Of a stretch of 64,000 nt of DNA, positions 21,101 to 29,556 are shown piece by piece. The DNA comes from Fibrobacteria bacterium (GTDB lineage Bacteria > Fibrobacterota > Chitinivibrionia > Chitinivibrionales > FEN-1185). The notes beneath the pieces are model-generated. The model was given only the letters and a program-made list of their open reading frames with translations. It was not told the origin of the DNA and did no database searches. The translations under genes were made by a program, and so were the position numbers. The stretch's first letter is position 1. The number at the start of each line of letters is the position of its first letter. Location: NCBI GenBank assembly GCA_037447435.1, contig JBBIGR010000006.1, positions 32,001-96,000 on the forward strand, given 5' to 3'.

Positions 21101-21531
21101 GTGTAACTGCCGGGAACAAATATCGGATAAAAATCTACAGCCCGACAATCGATTCGGCATTTGCATTCAGCGACTATTTTCTCATTGCAAACATTGATGA
21201 TGCCTATGAACCCGATGAAAGACCGTCTCAGGCAAAGCCGATAAAGGTCGGCGACCCTGCTCAATTGCATTCCTTGCCCGGCATGGACCAGGACTGGTTT
21301 AGTTTTGACGCGAAAACCCAAACAACGTATGTGATCGAAACAACGGGAAATTCCGATACGTATATAAATTTATACGACAGTACGGGAAGCACCTTTGTCG
21401 CATCCGATAATGGCAGCGGAACAGGGCTCAATGCAAAACTGACCTGGACTTGCCAGACAAGCGGAACCTATGATTTCATGGTCGGCGGGGTGTACGGAAG
21501 CACAAGTACCTATTACATTACCGTACGTTAA
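18133..21531 (+). CDS. Large Ser/Thr-rich surface lipoprotein with nine ~95-aa Ig-like (Kre9/KNH1-like) repeats and two PPC-like domains
   Basis: Lipobox-like ALTMTC; repeat P...W..G....I.W...L.D.....W.(V/I)P......YRIKI......S..F.I; two D(D/A)YEPD...D.DWFSF.A domains. Confidence 0.8.
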   Translation: MIKQWFTSGFGLAALLALTMTCSNPSSTSNPALSVISPVKASTVAAGDTCLITWNYAGTADAGVIIGLYNDTGLVCILATGCKNNGTFAWTVKSTVPAGNSYQIKISDASNASTFAYGPTFSVANSIDDYEPDNNSAAATPIDVNGNLQHHRIGPDADWFSFSATALKTYCIGIHGSVMLTVNLYSSDAATSIQTGSVPLENQQRIYWTCSTSGKYYFKITNSYSPTEYDIDLRSGNGIFFIQNPNASTSIIQGNSYTVQWKNSSNITGLLSLYAYRGDSLIATIASEITNYLQYSWLVPAAMPASSEYRLKIMSDKDSSVFEYSEKFSITKPVYGLSILYPTSSSRYSSGSTASIQWGYSYSSGTLVGLSLFDSSTFVSTLSTGYSLSSGSFSWIIPNALPTSSKYRIKMFIIADTTVYAWSNDFSITKVPCSLSVYSPAIAAKYNSGTSCQISWYSSGNLGSYASIDLYDSTRKVANLNASAYISNGYFYWTIPFSVPTSSSYRIKITSVTDTGIYAFSKYFSITQLPSAFSITSPTDTTKWNTNSNYVIGWTNTGAAGQYISLKLFDSTYYVCSIVSSQYNSSSTGTLNWLVPYALNSSSKYRIKINGSTDTTNCNFSKYFTITHVPPVLKVTFPKKTDTLVTGTSYNINWTAGGYLGTYAKLELFDSTNHSTSLNSSVIVSYYTSSWVVPVAMLPSTKYRIKITSTSDTTVYAFSDTFTIAKAPTSLTIVKPDSQTTWTSGITNTISWTSSGYLGSYAQISLYDGTAFKSTIASSTSISANSYSWTIPFACPASSNYRIKIASVMDSTIYCMSRPFSVLKNTATTTIAVPSAASVWTAGMVYAINWTSTANFPGTNVSLTLFDSTKESYSISLSTLRSTNYYSWQIPTTLGGNKFRIRIASTFDTTANSMSDYFTIIPVPPKISFSVPNSATSWFVGSSYTISWVASGKVGDSLNIDLYDSLTKSATITTGIIPSTTQYYWNVPPGVTAGNKYRIKIYSPTIDSAFAFSDYFLIANIDDAYEPDERPSQAKPIKVGDPAQLHSLPGMDQDWFSFDAKTQTTYVIETTGNSDTYINLYDSTGSTFVASDNGSGTGLNAKLTWTCQTSGTYDFMVGGVYGSTSTYYITVR

Positions 21532-22838
21532 AACGCAGGCCTATTGTCGAATACCCTTTTTGCTTTTCCTTCATACACGGGCAGCAGTCCGGGTTCATGC
21601 AATTCAATAACCGGATTAATTAAAATTTGGGATTTTATCGTTTCCTTTATTCTATGCCGCAGTTTTTCCAAATCGCGCATATCGTCTTGGAATAAATCGG
21701 AATTGATTTCGGTTTTGATGGTAACCCTGTCGAGCGAATCTTTTTTATCCACAAGAATTTGATAATTGGTCCCCATTTCAGGCATCTTCATGAGCGCCTC
21801 TTCGATTTGAGACGGGAAAACATTGACCCCGTTTATTATGAGCATATCATCGGTACGGGCCTTGATACGGTCGAGCCTGCGATGGGTACGTCCGCATGCG
21901 CACGGTTGCGGAATGATCCGCGAAAGATCGCGCGTCCGGTACCGTAAAATCGGCACCGCTTTACGTTTAAGGGTTGTGAAAACGATTTCGCCTTCGTCTC
22001 CGTCTTTCACCGGCTCCAGCGTAAGCGGGTCTATGATTTCAACGATATAGGAATCTTCCCATACGTGCATGCCGCATTTGTGAACGCATTCGAACGCAAC
22101 GCCGGGGCCGTTCATTTCGCTCAGGCCGTAGGAATTATACGCATCGATATTGAAAAGCCGTTCGATTTTCAAACGGGTATTTTCGGAATACGGCTCGGCG
22201 CCTAAAAACGCCTTGCGCAAGCGTAAATCGGACAACGCTATCCCCTCTTTGACCAATTCGGAATGGATATGCAGCATATAACTGGGTGTTGCGTGGACAA
22301 CCGTGGAGCCGAATTCCTTCATGAGCCAAAGTTGACGTTTCGTATTTCCCGCACTCACCGGAATAACGGTGAGGCCGGCGCGTTCGGCACCGTAATGCAA
22401 TCCGAGGCCGCCGGTAAAAAGTCCGTAGGTCATCATGTTCTGAAACACGTCCGATTTGACGCAACCGGTTGCAACAACCGAACGGGCAACCAAATCGGTC
22501 CAGGTGTCGATGTCTTTTTGCGTATGGTAAATTACCGTCGGGACCCCCGTCGTGCCGCTTGACATATGTACACGAACGACCTCGTCCATGGAAACGGCCA
22601 GGTGCCGCCGCGGATAAAAGTCGCGCAAATCGTTTTTAGCGGTAAACGGAATCCGCCGTATATCGAGCAGGCTTTTAATGTCGTGGCCGGAAAAGATTCC
22701 CGCACGATTCAACCGCTCCCGATTTCCGGGCGAATTAAGCGCATCGTCGACGCTTTGTTTCAACAGTTTCAATTGATGCAAAGCAAGCGACGGTTTATCT
22801 ATGGTTTCACAGCGTTTGTCCCAAAAATTAATTTCCAT
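21528..22838 (-). CDS. paaK: Phenylacetate-CoA ligase family (paralog 3)
   Basis: [43 protein letters not shown]; start MEINFWD. Confidence 0.92.
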   Translation of the reverse strand: MEINFWDKRCETIDKPSLALHQLKLLKQSVDDALNSPGNRERLNRAGIFSGHDIKSLLDIRRIPFTAKNDLRDFYPRRHLAVSMDEVVRVHMSSGTTGVPTVIYHTQKDIDTWTDLVARSVVATGCVKSDVFQNMMTYGLFTGGLGLHYGAERAGLTVIPVSAGNTKRQLWLMKEFGSTVVHATPSYMLHIHSELVKEGIALSDLRLRKAFLGAEPYSENTRLKIERLFNIDAYNSYGLSEMNGPGVAFECVHKCGMHVWEDSYIVEIIDPLTLEPVKDGDEGEIVFTTLKRKAVPILRYRTRDLSRIIPQPCACGRTHRRLDRIKARTDDMLIINGVNVFPSQIEEALMKMPEMGTNYQILVDKKDSLDRVTIKTEINSDLFQDDMRDLEKLRHRIKETIKSQILINPVIELHEPGLLPVYEGKAKRVFDNRPAF

Positions 22839-22854
22839 ACGGTATTTCCGATCG

Positions 22855-23388
22855 TTATGATTCCCGGGCTTTTGTGCCGATGTTTTTGCCAAGATCAAAT
22901 GCTTCGATATTCTCTTTAAGAAATCGCTTCAATTTCCCCCGCAACGCCTGATGCCAAGCCTCCGACGGAATGGGCAGATACGCGCTCAAAATGCCGAGAT
23001 AGAACGTATTGACGAATCGTTTGTCGGCCGGTTGGGTCTTCGGGTCTTCCAAATACCCGACAAGGCTGACTCCGTCTTTTTTAAGGAACGAAGACATCCG
23101 CTTTCCTTCGCCCGTATGGAACGCGACCAGGTAATCGGCCTCGCCCGGGTTGATTAGCGGGGAATATATTTTTTCGCCGAACCGAAGATGCGACTCCACG
23201 GAACCGCCTCGTTGGGCCATTCCGTGCACTTCGGATTTTTTCACGTGATACCCGGCAATCATGGCCGCAATTCCGGCGATTTCCGATGCCGTAAGAACGC
23301 CCTGGCCGCCGGTACCGCAGAAAAAAACATTCCATATTTTTTTTTCGGCACCTTGTACATTGGATTTTTCCGTCTGAGTTGTATTCAT
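22855..23388 (-). CDS. iorB: Indolepyruvate:ferredoxin oxidoreductase beta subunit
   Basis: CGTGGQGVLTAS, KSEVHGMAQRGGSVESHLRFG; start MNTTQ. Confidence 0.9.
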   Translation of the reverse strand: MNTTQTEKSNVQGAEKKIWNVFFCGTGGQGVLTASEIAGIAAMIAGYHVKKSEVHGMAQRGGSVESHLRFGEKIYSPLINPGEADYLVAFHTGEGKRMSSFLKKDGVSLVGYLEDPKTQPADKRFVNTFYLGILSAYLPIPSEAWHQALRGKLKRFLKENIEAFDLGKNIGTKARES

Positions 23389-23399
23389 TTTCTTACCTT

Positions 23400-25112
23400 T
23401 CAATGTTTCTTCAAGGCATCGGTAGGACATACGTCGGCACATAAATAACATCCGGCACACAGCGAACCGTCGAGGATTACGGTACCGTTTTCGGCTTTGG
23501 TAAGCGCCGGGCAATCGATCGCAAAACACACGCCGCATGTTTTGCATTTTTCGGATTCGTATGAAGGCATCGCTCCCCTGTCGCGGTCTATCAATTTACA
23601 CGGCCGTCTCGCGATGATGACCGACAATGCATCATCGGTCAACCGTTTCTTGATGAGCGCGTCGAGTTCTTTGATGTTTTTCGGGTCTATGACATCGACG
23701 TTATCGGCGCCGCTTGCGGCGCAAATCGCCTCGAGGGACAATTGTTTCGTCTTTTCGTTCCTTATTGTCAAGCCATTGGCGGGATTGTTCTGGCCGCCCG
23801 TCATTGCAGTGGTCGAATTATCGAGAATAACGATAAGTCCTTTGACATTATTGTATGCTGCGTTGATAAGCCCGGTGATTCCGGAGTGGACAAAGGTCGA
23901 ATCGCCGAGCACGCCGACGAATTTCCCCGTCGGAATCACGCGCCTGAAGCCTTCGTGAAAAGTCACCGAAGCGCCCATGCAAACGCAGGAATGCAATGCC
24001 GACATCGGCGGCGTTGCCGCCAGCGTATAACATCCTATATCGCCGGTCACTATCGCTTTATTCTTTTTAAGCACCGAAAACACGAAGCGGTGCGGACAAC
24101 CGGGGCATAACACCGGCTTGCGCGCAGAGGACACCGGTTCGACTTTTATGCCGCCGTTACAAATAATCGACATATGCTCGGGCAAAAGTTCGCCGATGCG
24201 GAATGTTTCATGTTTGGCTTTAAAAGGCAACCCCAGGGTTTTCAAATGGTCTTCGATAATGGGATCGAGCTCCTCAACCACCACCAGTTCTTTCACGCTT
24301 TTTGCAAATTGCGTAATTTTATTGTCGCAAAACGGGAAAGTAAAGCCCAATTTCAGTACCGATGCATCGGGATACGTTTCCTTGATGTACTGATACGTCA
24401 CGCCGGAAGTAATGAAACCGAGATTTGGGCTGCCTTCATCTAATTTGTTAAGCGAGCTCGTTTCGGAATATTTTGAAAGGTCATGCAGCCTTTTTTCGAT
24501 GAGAATATGCTTCTGATAGGCGTTTTTGGGAACCATGACGTATTTGGGAATATTGATTGCAAACGGCTTTAGCGCGACTTCGTTTTTTTCGCCGATGGAA
24601 ACGGTTTCCTTGGTATGCGCGACGCGGGTCGTCATACGGAACAAAACCGGCGTGTCGAATTTCTCGCTTATGTCAAAAGCTTCCTTGATGAACACATATG
24701 CTTCGGCGGGACTCGACGGTTCGATAATCGGGATTTTCCCAAACATGCCCACCCATCGGGTGTCCTGTTCATTCTGTGAAGATGCCATTCCCGGATCGTC
24801 GCAAACGACGGCGACGAACCCGGCATTGATACCGGTATACGAAGCGGTCATCAGCGGATCCATCGCAACATTCAGTCCCACGTGTTTTGATGCGTACAGG
24901 CTTCTGCCGCCGGCAATTGCGGCGGCCAGAGCGATTTCGAAAGCCACCTTTTCGTTGACCGACCATTGCGCATCGATATCTTTGTATGCGGCAAGCGATT
25001 CGAGAATTTCGGTCGAGGGAGTTCCGGGATACGCGCAAGCGACCCGTAAACCGGCTTCCCAGGCACCGCGGGCTACTGCTTCGTCTCCGGATAATAAGGC
25101 TTTTGTTTGCAT
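23400..25112 (-). CDS. iorA: Indolepyruvate:ferredoxin oxidoreductase alpha subunit
   Basis: LSGDEAVARGA, YPGTPSTE, NEKVAFE, KHVGLNVA, SSQNEQD, LCPGCPH, GDIGCY, TPP motif GDSTF...LDN, C-terminal ferredoxin CxxCxxC motifs. Confidence 0.93.
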   Translation of the reverse strand: MQTKALLSGDEAVARGAWEAGLRVACAYPGTPSTEILESLAAYKDIDAQWSVNEKVAFEIALAAAIAGGRSLYASKHVGLNVAMDPLMTASYTGINAGFVAVVCDDPGMASSQNEQDTRWVGMFGKIPIIEPSSPAEAYVFIKEAFDISEKFDTPVLFRMTTRVAHTKETVSIGEKNEVALKPFAINIPKYVMVPKNAYQKHILIEKRLHDLSKYSETSSLNKLDEGSPNLGFITSGVTYQYIKETYPDASVLKLGFTFPFCDNKITQFAKSVKELVVVEELDPIIEDHLKTLGLPFKAKHETFRIGELLPEHMSIICNGGIKVEPVSSARKPVLCPGCPHRFVFSVLKKNKAIVTGDIGCYTLAATPPMSALHSCVCMGASVTFHEGFRRVIPTGKFVGVLGDSTFVHSGITGLINAAYNNVKGLIVILDNSTTAMTGGQNNPANGLTIRNEKTKQLSLEAICAASGADNVDVIDPKNIKELDALIKKRLTDDALSVIIARRPCKLIDRDRGAMPSYESEKCKTCGVCFAIDCPALTKAENGTVILDGSLCAGCYLCADVCPTDALKKH

Positions 25113-25158
25113 AATTTTTATGTTTCCGTCGGTGATTAAATTGTACAGGTATCTTTGG

Positions 25159-25962
25159 TTAAGGAGCATTGCCGAGCAACAGTTCGGCATTCTTATAAAA
25201 TATCAGCTCTTTTTCCTCTAATGAAATAGGTAAACCGTCGAGCCATTGAATATCATCGGATTGGTCGTACCACGGCGAATCGGAGCCGAACAGGATTTTT
25301 TCCGCCCCCTGCTTTCTCATCATGCGTACGAAATCCTCCTTGGGCAGAAATTCCCTGACCGCTGCGGTGTCGAAAAACATGGACTTTACGGAAATCTTTT
25401 TTTCCACCTCGGCCCAAACCTGCCAACCGCCCATATGCGCCGCAACGATTTTTAACTTTGGAAAATTTTCCGCAATGGTAACGAGCGCTTCGGGCAACGC
25501 ATGGTCGCAGGTAAACGGTCCCGGGTCTTTACCCGCATGCAGAACAACGACCAATCCCGCGTCGGAAAGCGCTTCGTACATAGGGAAATTCTTTGGATCG
25601 TCGATGTAAAAATCCTGATATTCGGGATGCAATTTAATTCCCTTGATACCCATAGTTTTTATTCGTTGTACTTCGTCGGCGATTCCGGTCATTTCGGGAT
25701 GCAATGTTCCGAACGGTATGAGTTGGGGCGTCATAAGCGCGGTACAACCGTTATTGATGGTTTGCACCTGTGAAGGCTTGGTGGCTATCGGCAAAAGCAC
25801 CGATGTCGTCACACCGCTTGTACGCATGGATTGTAACAAACCGCCGCAGGTACCGTCGGTATAGGCCTTTGTACCTCCGGCAGCGTTTTCCATGAGAGCC
25901 GAAATTGCCCTGCTTGCAAGACTATCGGGAAATATATGCGTGTGAAAATCGATAATTTTCAT
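25159..25962 (-). CDS. Amidohydrolase_2 family metal-dependent hydrolase
   Basis: IDFHTH, GIKLHPEYQ, AAHMGG, ILFGSDSPW. Confidence 0.9.
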   Translation of the reverse strand: MKIIDFHTHIFPDSLASRAISALMENAAGGTKAYTDGTCGGLLQSMRTSGVTTSVLLPIATKPSQVQTINNGCTALMTPQLIPFGTLHPEMTGIADEVQRIKTMGIKGIKLHPEYQDFYIDDPKNFPMYEALSDAGLVVVLHAGKDPGPFTCDHALPEALVTIAENFPKLKIVAAHMGGWQVWAEVEKKISVKSMFFDTAAVREFLPKEDFVRMMRKQGAEKILFGSDSPWYDQSDDIQWLDGLPISLEEKELIFYKNAELLLGNAP

Positions 25963-26013
25963 AGATTACAAAATTACTGCTCCGTCGTATGAAAAAAACA
26001 AAAATCCAATCTG

Positions 26014-28335
26014 TTAATCCCGTGTTTGAATTGCTTCGATATGGCCTATGGCGCCGGTTTGTATATTCGCCGCATTGCCTTCATCGGTATCGATATGCAT
26101 TGCCAGTTTAAAACCCGGATTGATACGGATCAGGACATCGCCGAAAATCAATTCGCGTTCGCCTTGCACGCGAACCCTGACTTTGAATTTGTCGCGCAAT
26201 CCGAATTTAAGCGCGTCTTCGGGTTGCATGTGAATATGACGGAGCGCGCAAATGACTCCTTTTGTCAAAACCACGGACCCTTTGGGGCCTTCGATGGTAA
26301 TGCCGGGAGTGTTCTCGATGCCGCCCGATTCGCGGATCGGAGGGTGAATGCCGAGTTTGAACTGTTCGGTCATGGCTATTTCCACCTGCGTTTCTTTACG
26401 GGTCGGTCCGAGGACACGTACCCGGTCGACACGGCCTTTAGGCCCGACAAGGGACACGGTTTCCTTGCACGCATATTGCCCCGTTTGAGACAGATCGTGC
26501 GCGGGAGTCAAGGAGTGGCCCGGCCCGAACAACAGTTCGACATGTTCTTGCGCCAAATGAACGTGATGTGCGGAAACTTCGATCGGTATTCCGGTATTTT
26601 TCTGGGTACTGATGATGTCCTCAATATACGTGGACTTGACGGTACGGATCGTTTCGCGCGCAATCATTCGTTCTTCGTCTGTGGGAACGACGAGTATTCT
26701 TGCCCGTGACGAATCGGTGGCGATATCGGTTATTGCGCCGAACCCGTCGGCAGCCTTGTTTTTGTGCTCATCGATTTCGATGCCCATTACCACCAGCCCC
26801 TGGCATGCGAGACTTCGGACGCCGGCACTGCCCTGGCCGATTCCGCCGGTAAATATGACCACATCGCAGCCGCCCATTGCAGCCAAGTACGAGCCGATGA
26901 ATTTGCGTATCTGATAGCAAAACGTCTTGTATGCCAACAGAGCGCGATGATGCCCTTGCTGGCTTGCCCGTTCCAATTCCCGCATATCGTTGGATATGCC
27001 GGAAATCCCCTTGAAACCGCTCTCATTGTTGATAAGCTTTTCGATTTGGTCAACCGTCATTTTTTCGGTTTTCATCAGGTGCACGAGAATGCTCGGGTCG
27101 ATATCGCCGCAACGCGTTCCCATAATGAGGCCTGCCGTCGGCGTAAAGCCCATGCTCGTATCCACCGACCGGCCGTGATCTATGGCGCAAATCGACGAAC
27201 CGTTGCCGAGATGACAAGAGATAATATTCAGACTGTTGAAAGAACGTTTTAAAAATTGCGCCGTTCTGAGCGCGACATACATATGCGATGTGCCGTGGAA
27301 ACCGTATCTGCGAAGTTTTTTCTGTTTGTAATACTCGTACGGCAATCCGTACATATACGCATACGGCGGCAGCGTATTGTGAAACCCGGTATCGAAAACA
27401 ACGACATGGGGAATATGAGGAAACAGGATTTGCGCTTCCTTGATTCCTATGATATGCACTTTATTATGTAAAGGAGCGAATGAGGAAGCCCGGTCTATTG
27501 CATCAATGACGTCCTGATTGACAAGGGTCGGGGCGCTCAAGGTGTCGCCGCCGTGAACGATCCGATGCCCGACGCCCGTGATTTCCTGCAGTTCGGGACT
27601 CATTCCGAACTCTTTTTGCCGCAATCCTTTGGCCATAGCCTGAAACGCTTCCCTGTGTCCCATGCCTTCCGGCTTTGGAACATCGATGCTTTTGCTGCCG
27701 ATTTTACAGGTATGCTTCACCGCATCGCTGCCGATTCGTTCTATCGAACCGCGAATAATTTTCATTTCGTCCGTCGAATCGAAAAGAGCGTATTTAAGCG
27801 ATGACGAACCGCAATTTATCACCAAAATCTTTGCCGGATGCTCGGTCTTAAGCCTTAATCCGTAGGGATCGTCGCTTTTTTCAATTGCCTCGGTGGCAAG
27901 AGTACTGACATTGGCCCATTGCGTTGTCCGTTCCGTTATTGTCCGGGATAAATATCGTATTGCCTGGGGATGTGAAATCAGGATGGAAGAAAAGAGATTT
28001 TGCGGAATCAGCAATGCTTCACACCGGGTTATACCGATGATGTTTGCAATCGTTTGATTGCCGGTCATAAGCGACATTTCGCCGAAAACATCGCCTGCTT
28101 CCAAAAGGCTCAGAGTGACTTTTTGTCCGTTATTATCGGTGACCGCTGCTTCGGCCTGCCCGGAAAGCAGCACGCCCATGAACCTTCCTTCTTCGCCGAA
28201 TTTGACCACAGCTTCTTTTCCTTCAAAAGTAATATCCTGCGAACCTTCAACAAGTTGCTGCAACTTATCTTGAGGAAATCCTTTGAATAATTCAACCTTT
28301 TCGATTAAAAATGTGAGCAATTCCTTCGTTTCCAC
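26014..28335 (-). CDS. ackA: Fusion of cNMP-binding domain, acetate/propionate kinase and PduL phosphotransacylase
   Basis: cNMP: ELFKGF...VLLSG...GDVFGEMSL; AckA: ILVINCGSSSLKY, GHRIVHGG, RRYGFHGTSH, HLGNGSS, FTGGIG, TDEE; PduL: EVSAHHVHL, RVLGP.R.ETQVE, RHIHM, MHIDTDEGNAA. Confidence 0.92.
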   Translation of the reverse strand: METKELLTFLIEKVELFKGFPQDKLQQLVEGSQDITFEGKEAVVKFGEEGRFMGVLLSGQAEAAVTDNNGQKVTLSLLEAGDVFGEMSLMTGNQTIANIIGITRCEALLIPQNLFSSILISHPQAIRYLSRTITERTTQWANVSTLATEAIEKSDDPYGLRLKTEHPAKILVINCGSSSLKYALFDSTDEMKIIRGSIERIGSDAVKHTCKIGSKSIDVPKPEGMGHREAFQAMAKGLRQKEFGMSPELQEITGVGHRIVHGGDTLSAPTLVNQDVIDAIDRASSFAPLHNKVHIIGIKEAQILFPHIPHVVVFDTGFHNTLPPYAYMYGLPYEYYKQKKLRRYGFHGTSHMYVALRTAQFLKRSFNSLNIISCHLGNGSSICAIDHGRSVDTSMGFTPTAGLIMGTRCGDIDPSILVHLMKTEKMTVDQIEKLINNESGFKGISGISNDMRELERASQQGHHRALLAYKTFCYQIRKFIGSYLAAMGGCDVVIFTGGIGQGSAGVRSLACQGLVVMGIEIDEHKNKAADGFGAITDIATDSSRARILVVPTDEERMIARETIRTVKSTYIEDIISTQKNTGIPIEVSAHHVHLAQEHVELLFGPGHSLTPAHDLSQTGQYACKETVSLVGPKGRVDRVRVLGPTRKETQVEIAMTEQFKLGIHPPIRESGGIENTPGITIEGPKGSVVLTKGVICALRHIHMQPEDALKFGLRDKFKVRVRVQGERELIFGDVLIRINPGFKLAMHIDTDEGNAANIQTGAIGHIEAIQTRD

Positions 28336-28550
28336 ATGAACCCCTTTTTATATATAAAAAAAAATAGTTGACTATCTATTTATAGTACCTTAAAATGAAT
28401 CCATAAACAATAAAAATGCCTTCGAATCCAATCAAAGGCTTTTATGAACAAAAAAGCCTAACTTGTTGGACCATCAAATGTTATTTTAATAATTCTTTGG
28501 ATAAGATTAACAAAAATACACCATAGAATCATTAAACGAATAGCAATTTA

Positions 28551-29522
28551 ATGAAGTCTTTAAAAGAAGTTCTAACAGAGGCGATTTACGCAGGAATTTG
28601 CGGTGACGCATTGGGTGTTCCCGTCGAATCCACGACTCGCCAGGAATTGGCCCTGTCCAGCGTTAAAAATATGCTTGGGTATGGCCGATACGATCAACCG
28701 CAAGGCACGTGGTCCGACGATACCTCGCTTGTGTTATGCACCATGGAAAGCCTCATTCAGGGATACGATCTTGAAGCAATGGGAAAGAAATTCTGTTCCT
28801 GGCTTTTTGATGCTTTGTGGACACCGACCGGATTCGTATTCGACGCCGGTCTGACAACCTATCTGGCTCTCGATAAAATTCAAAACGACCATAAAAGCGC
28901 TGCCGTTTCGGGCGGCATCACCGAAGACGACAATGGTAACGGCTCATTAATGAGAATGATGCCGGTCGCTTTTTATTTTGCGCATCTGGCGATAGAACCT
29001 TTTTTAAAAGCCGTGCACGACATTTCGGGCATTACCCACGCGCATCCCCGGTCGAAAATAGCATGCGGAATGTATTGTCTTTTCATCAGAGAATTGCTCG
29101 CCGATAGAGACAAGGACCGGGCGTATAAGGCTGCGGTAAAACAAGCGGTGGATTTTTACAGCGCAATACCGGAATTCAACAACGAATTGTCGCATTTCAT
29201 GCGCATTATTTCCCATGCAGTCCCCACGCTTCCCGAAAACGAGATCCAATCGTCGGGATATGTCGTGGATACGCTCGAGGCAAGCCTGTGGTGCGTGTTG
29301 CGTCACGATTCCGCCAAAGACGTCCTGTTGGCAGCCGTCAATCTTGGTCTGGACACCGACACGACCGGCATGGTTGCCGGCGGTTGCGCGGGCATTATTT
29401 ACGGACTAGACTCAATTCCCCCCGCATGGCTGAAATCTTTGGCGCGTAAAAAGGAAATAGACGAGCTTGTTTCCCGTTTCTGCGACGTGATTTGCGCTTC
29501 GAATTCCGGAAAATCGGCATGA
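28551..29522 (+). CDS. ADP-ribosylglycohydrolase (DraG/ARH family)
   Basis: GDALGVPVE, GTWSDDT, NGNGSLMR, THAH, SSGYVVDTLEA, AVNLGLDTDT. Confidence 0.92.
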   Translation: MKSLKEVLTEAIYAGICGDALGVPVESTTRQELALSSVKNMLGYGRYDQPQGTWSDDTSLVLCTMESLIQGYDLEAMGKKFCSWLFDALWTPTGFVFDAGLTTYLALDKIQNDHKSAAVSGGITEDDNGNGSLMRMMPVAFYFAHLAIEPFLKAVHDISGITHAHPRSKIACGMYCLFIRELLADRDKDRAYKAAVKQAVDFYSAIPEFNNELSHFMRIISHAVPTLPENEIQSSGYVVDTLEASLWCVLRHDSAKDVLLAAVNLGLDTDTTGMVAGGCAGIIYGLDSIPPAWLKSLARKKEIDELVSRFCDVICASNSGKSA

Positions 29523-29556
29523 CGGGCATTTTACTTTATCCGGATCTTTTGACTCT

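Noticed and set aside
10141..22838. Assembly duplication explaining three paaK copies
   Set aside because: The three proteins are clearly diverged outside the conserved motifs, so they are old paralogs
26014..26600. Bacterial microcompartment locus suggested by PduL
   Set aside because: No BMC-H/T/P shell genes or signature aldehyde dehydrogenase in the window
28551..29522. Nitrogenase DraT/DraG switch or toxin-antitoxin immunity
   Set aside because: No draT, nif or ADP-ribosyltransferase toxin gene adjacent
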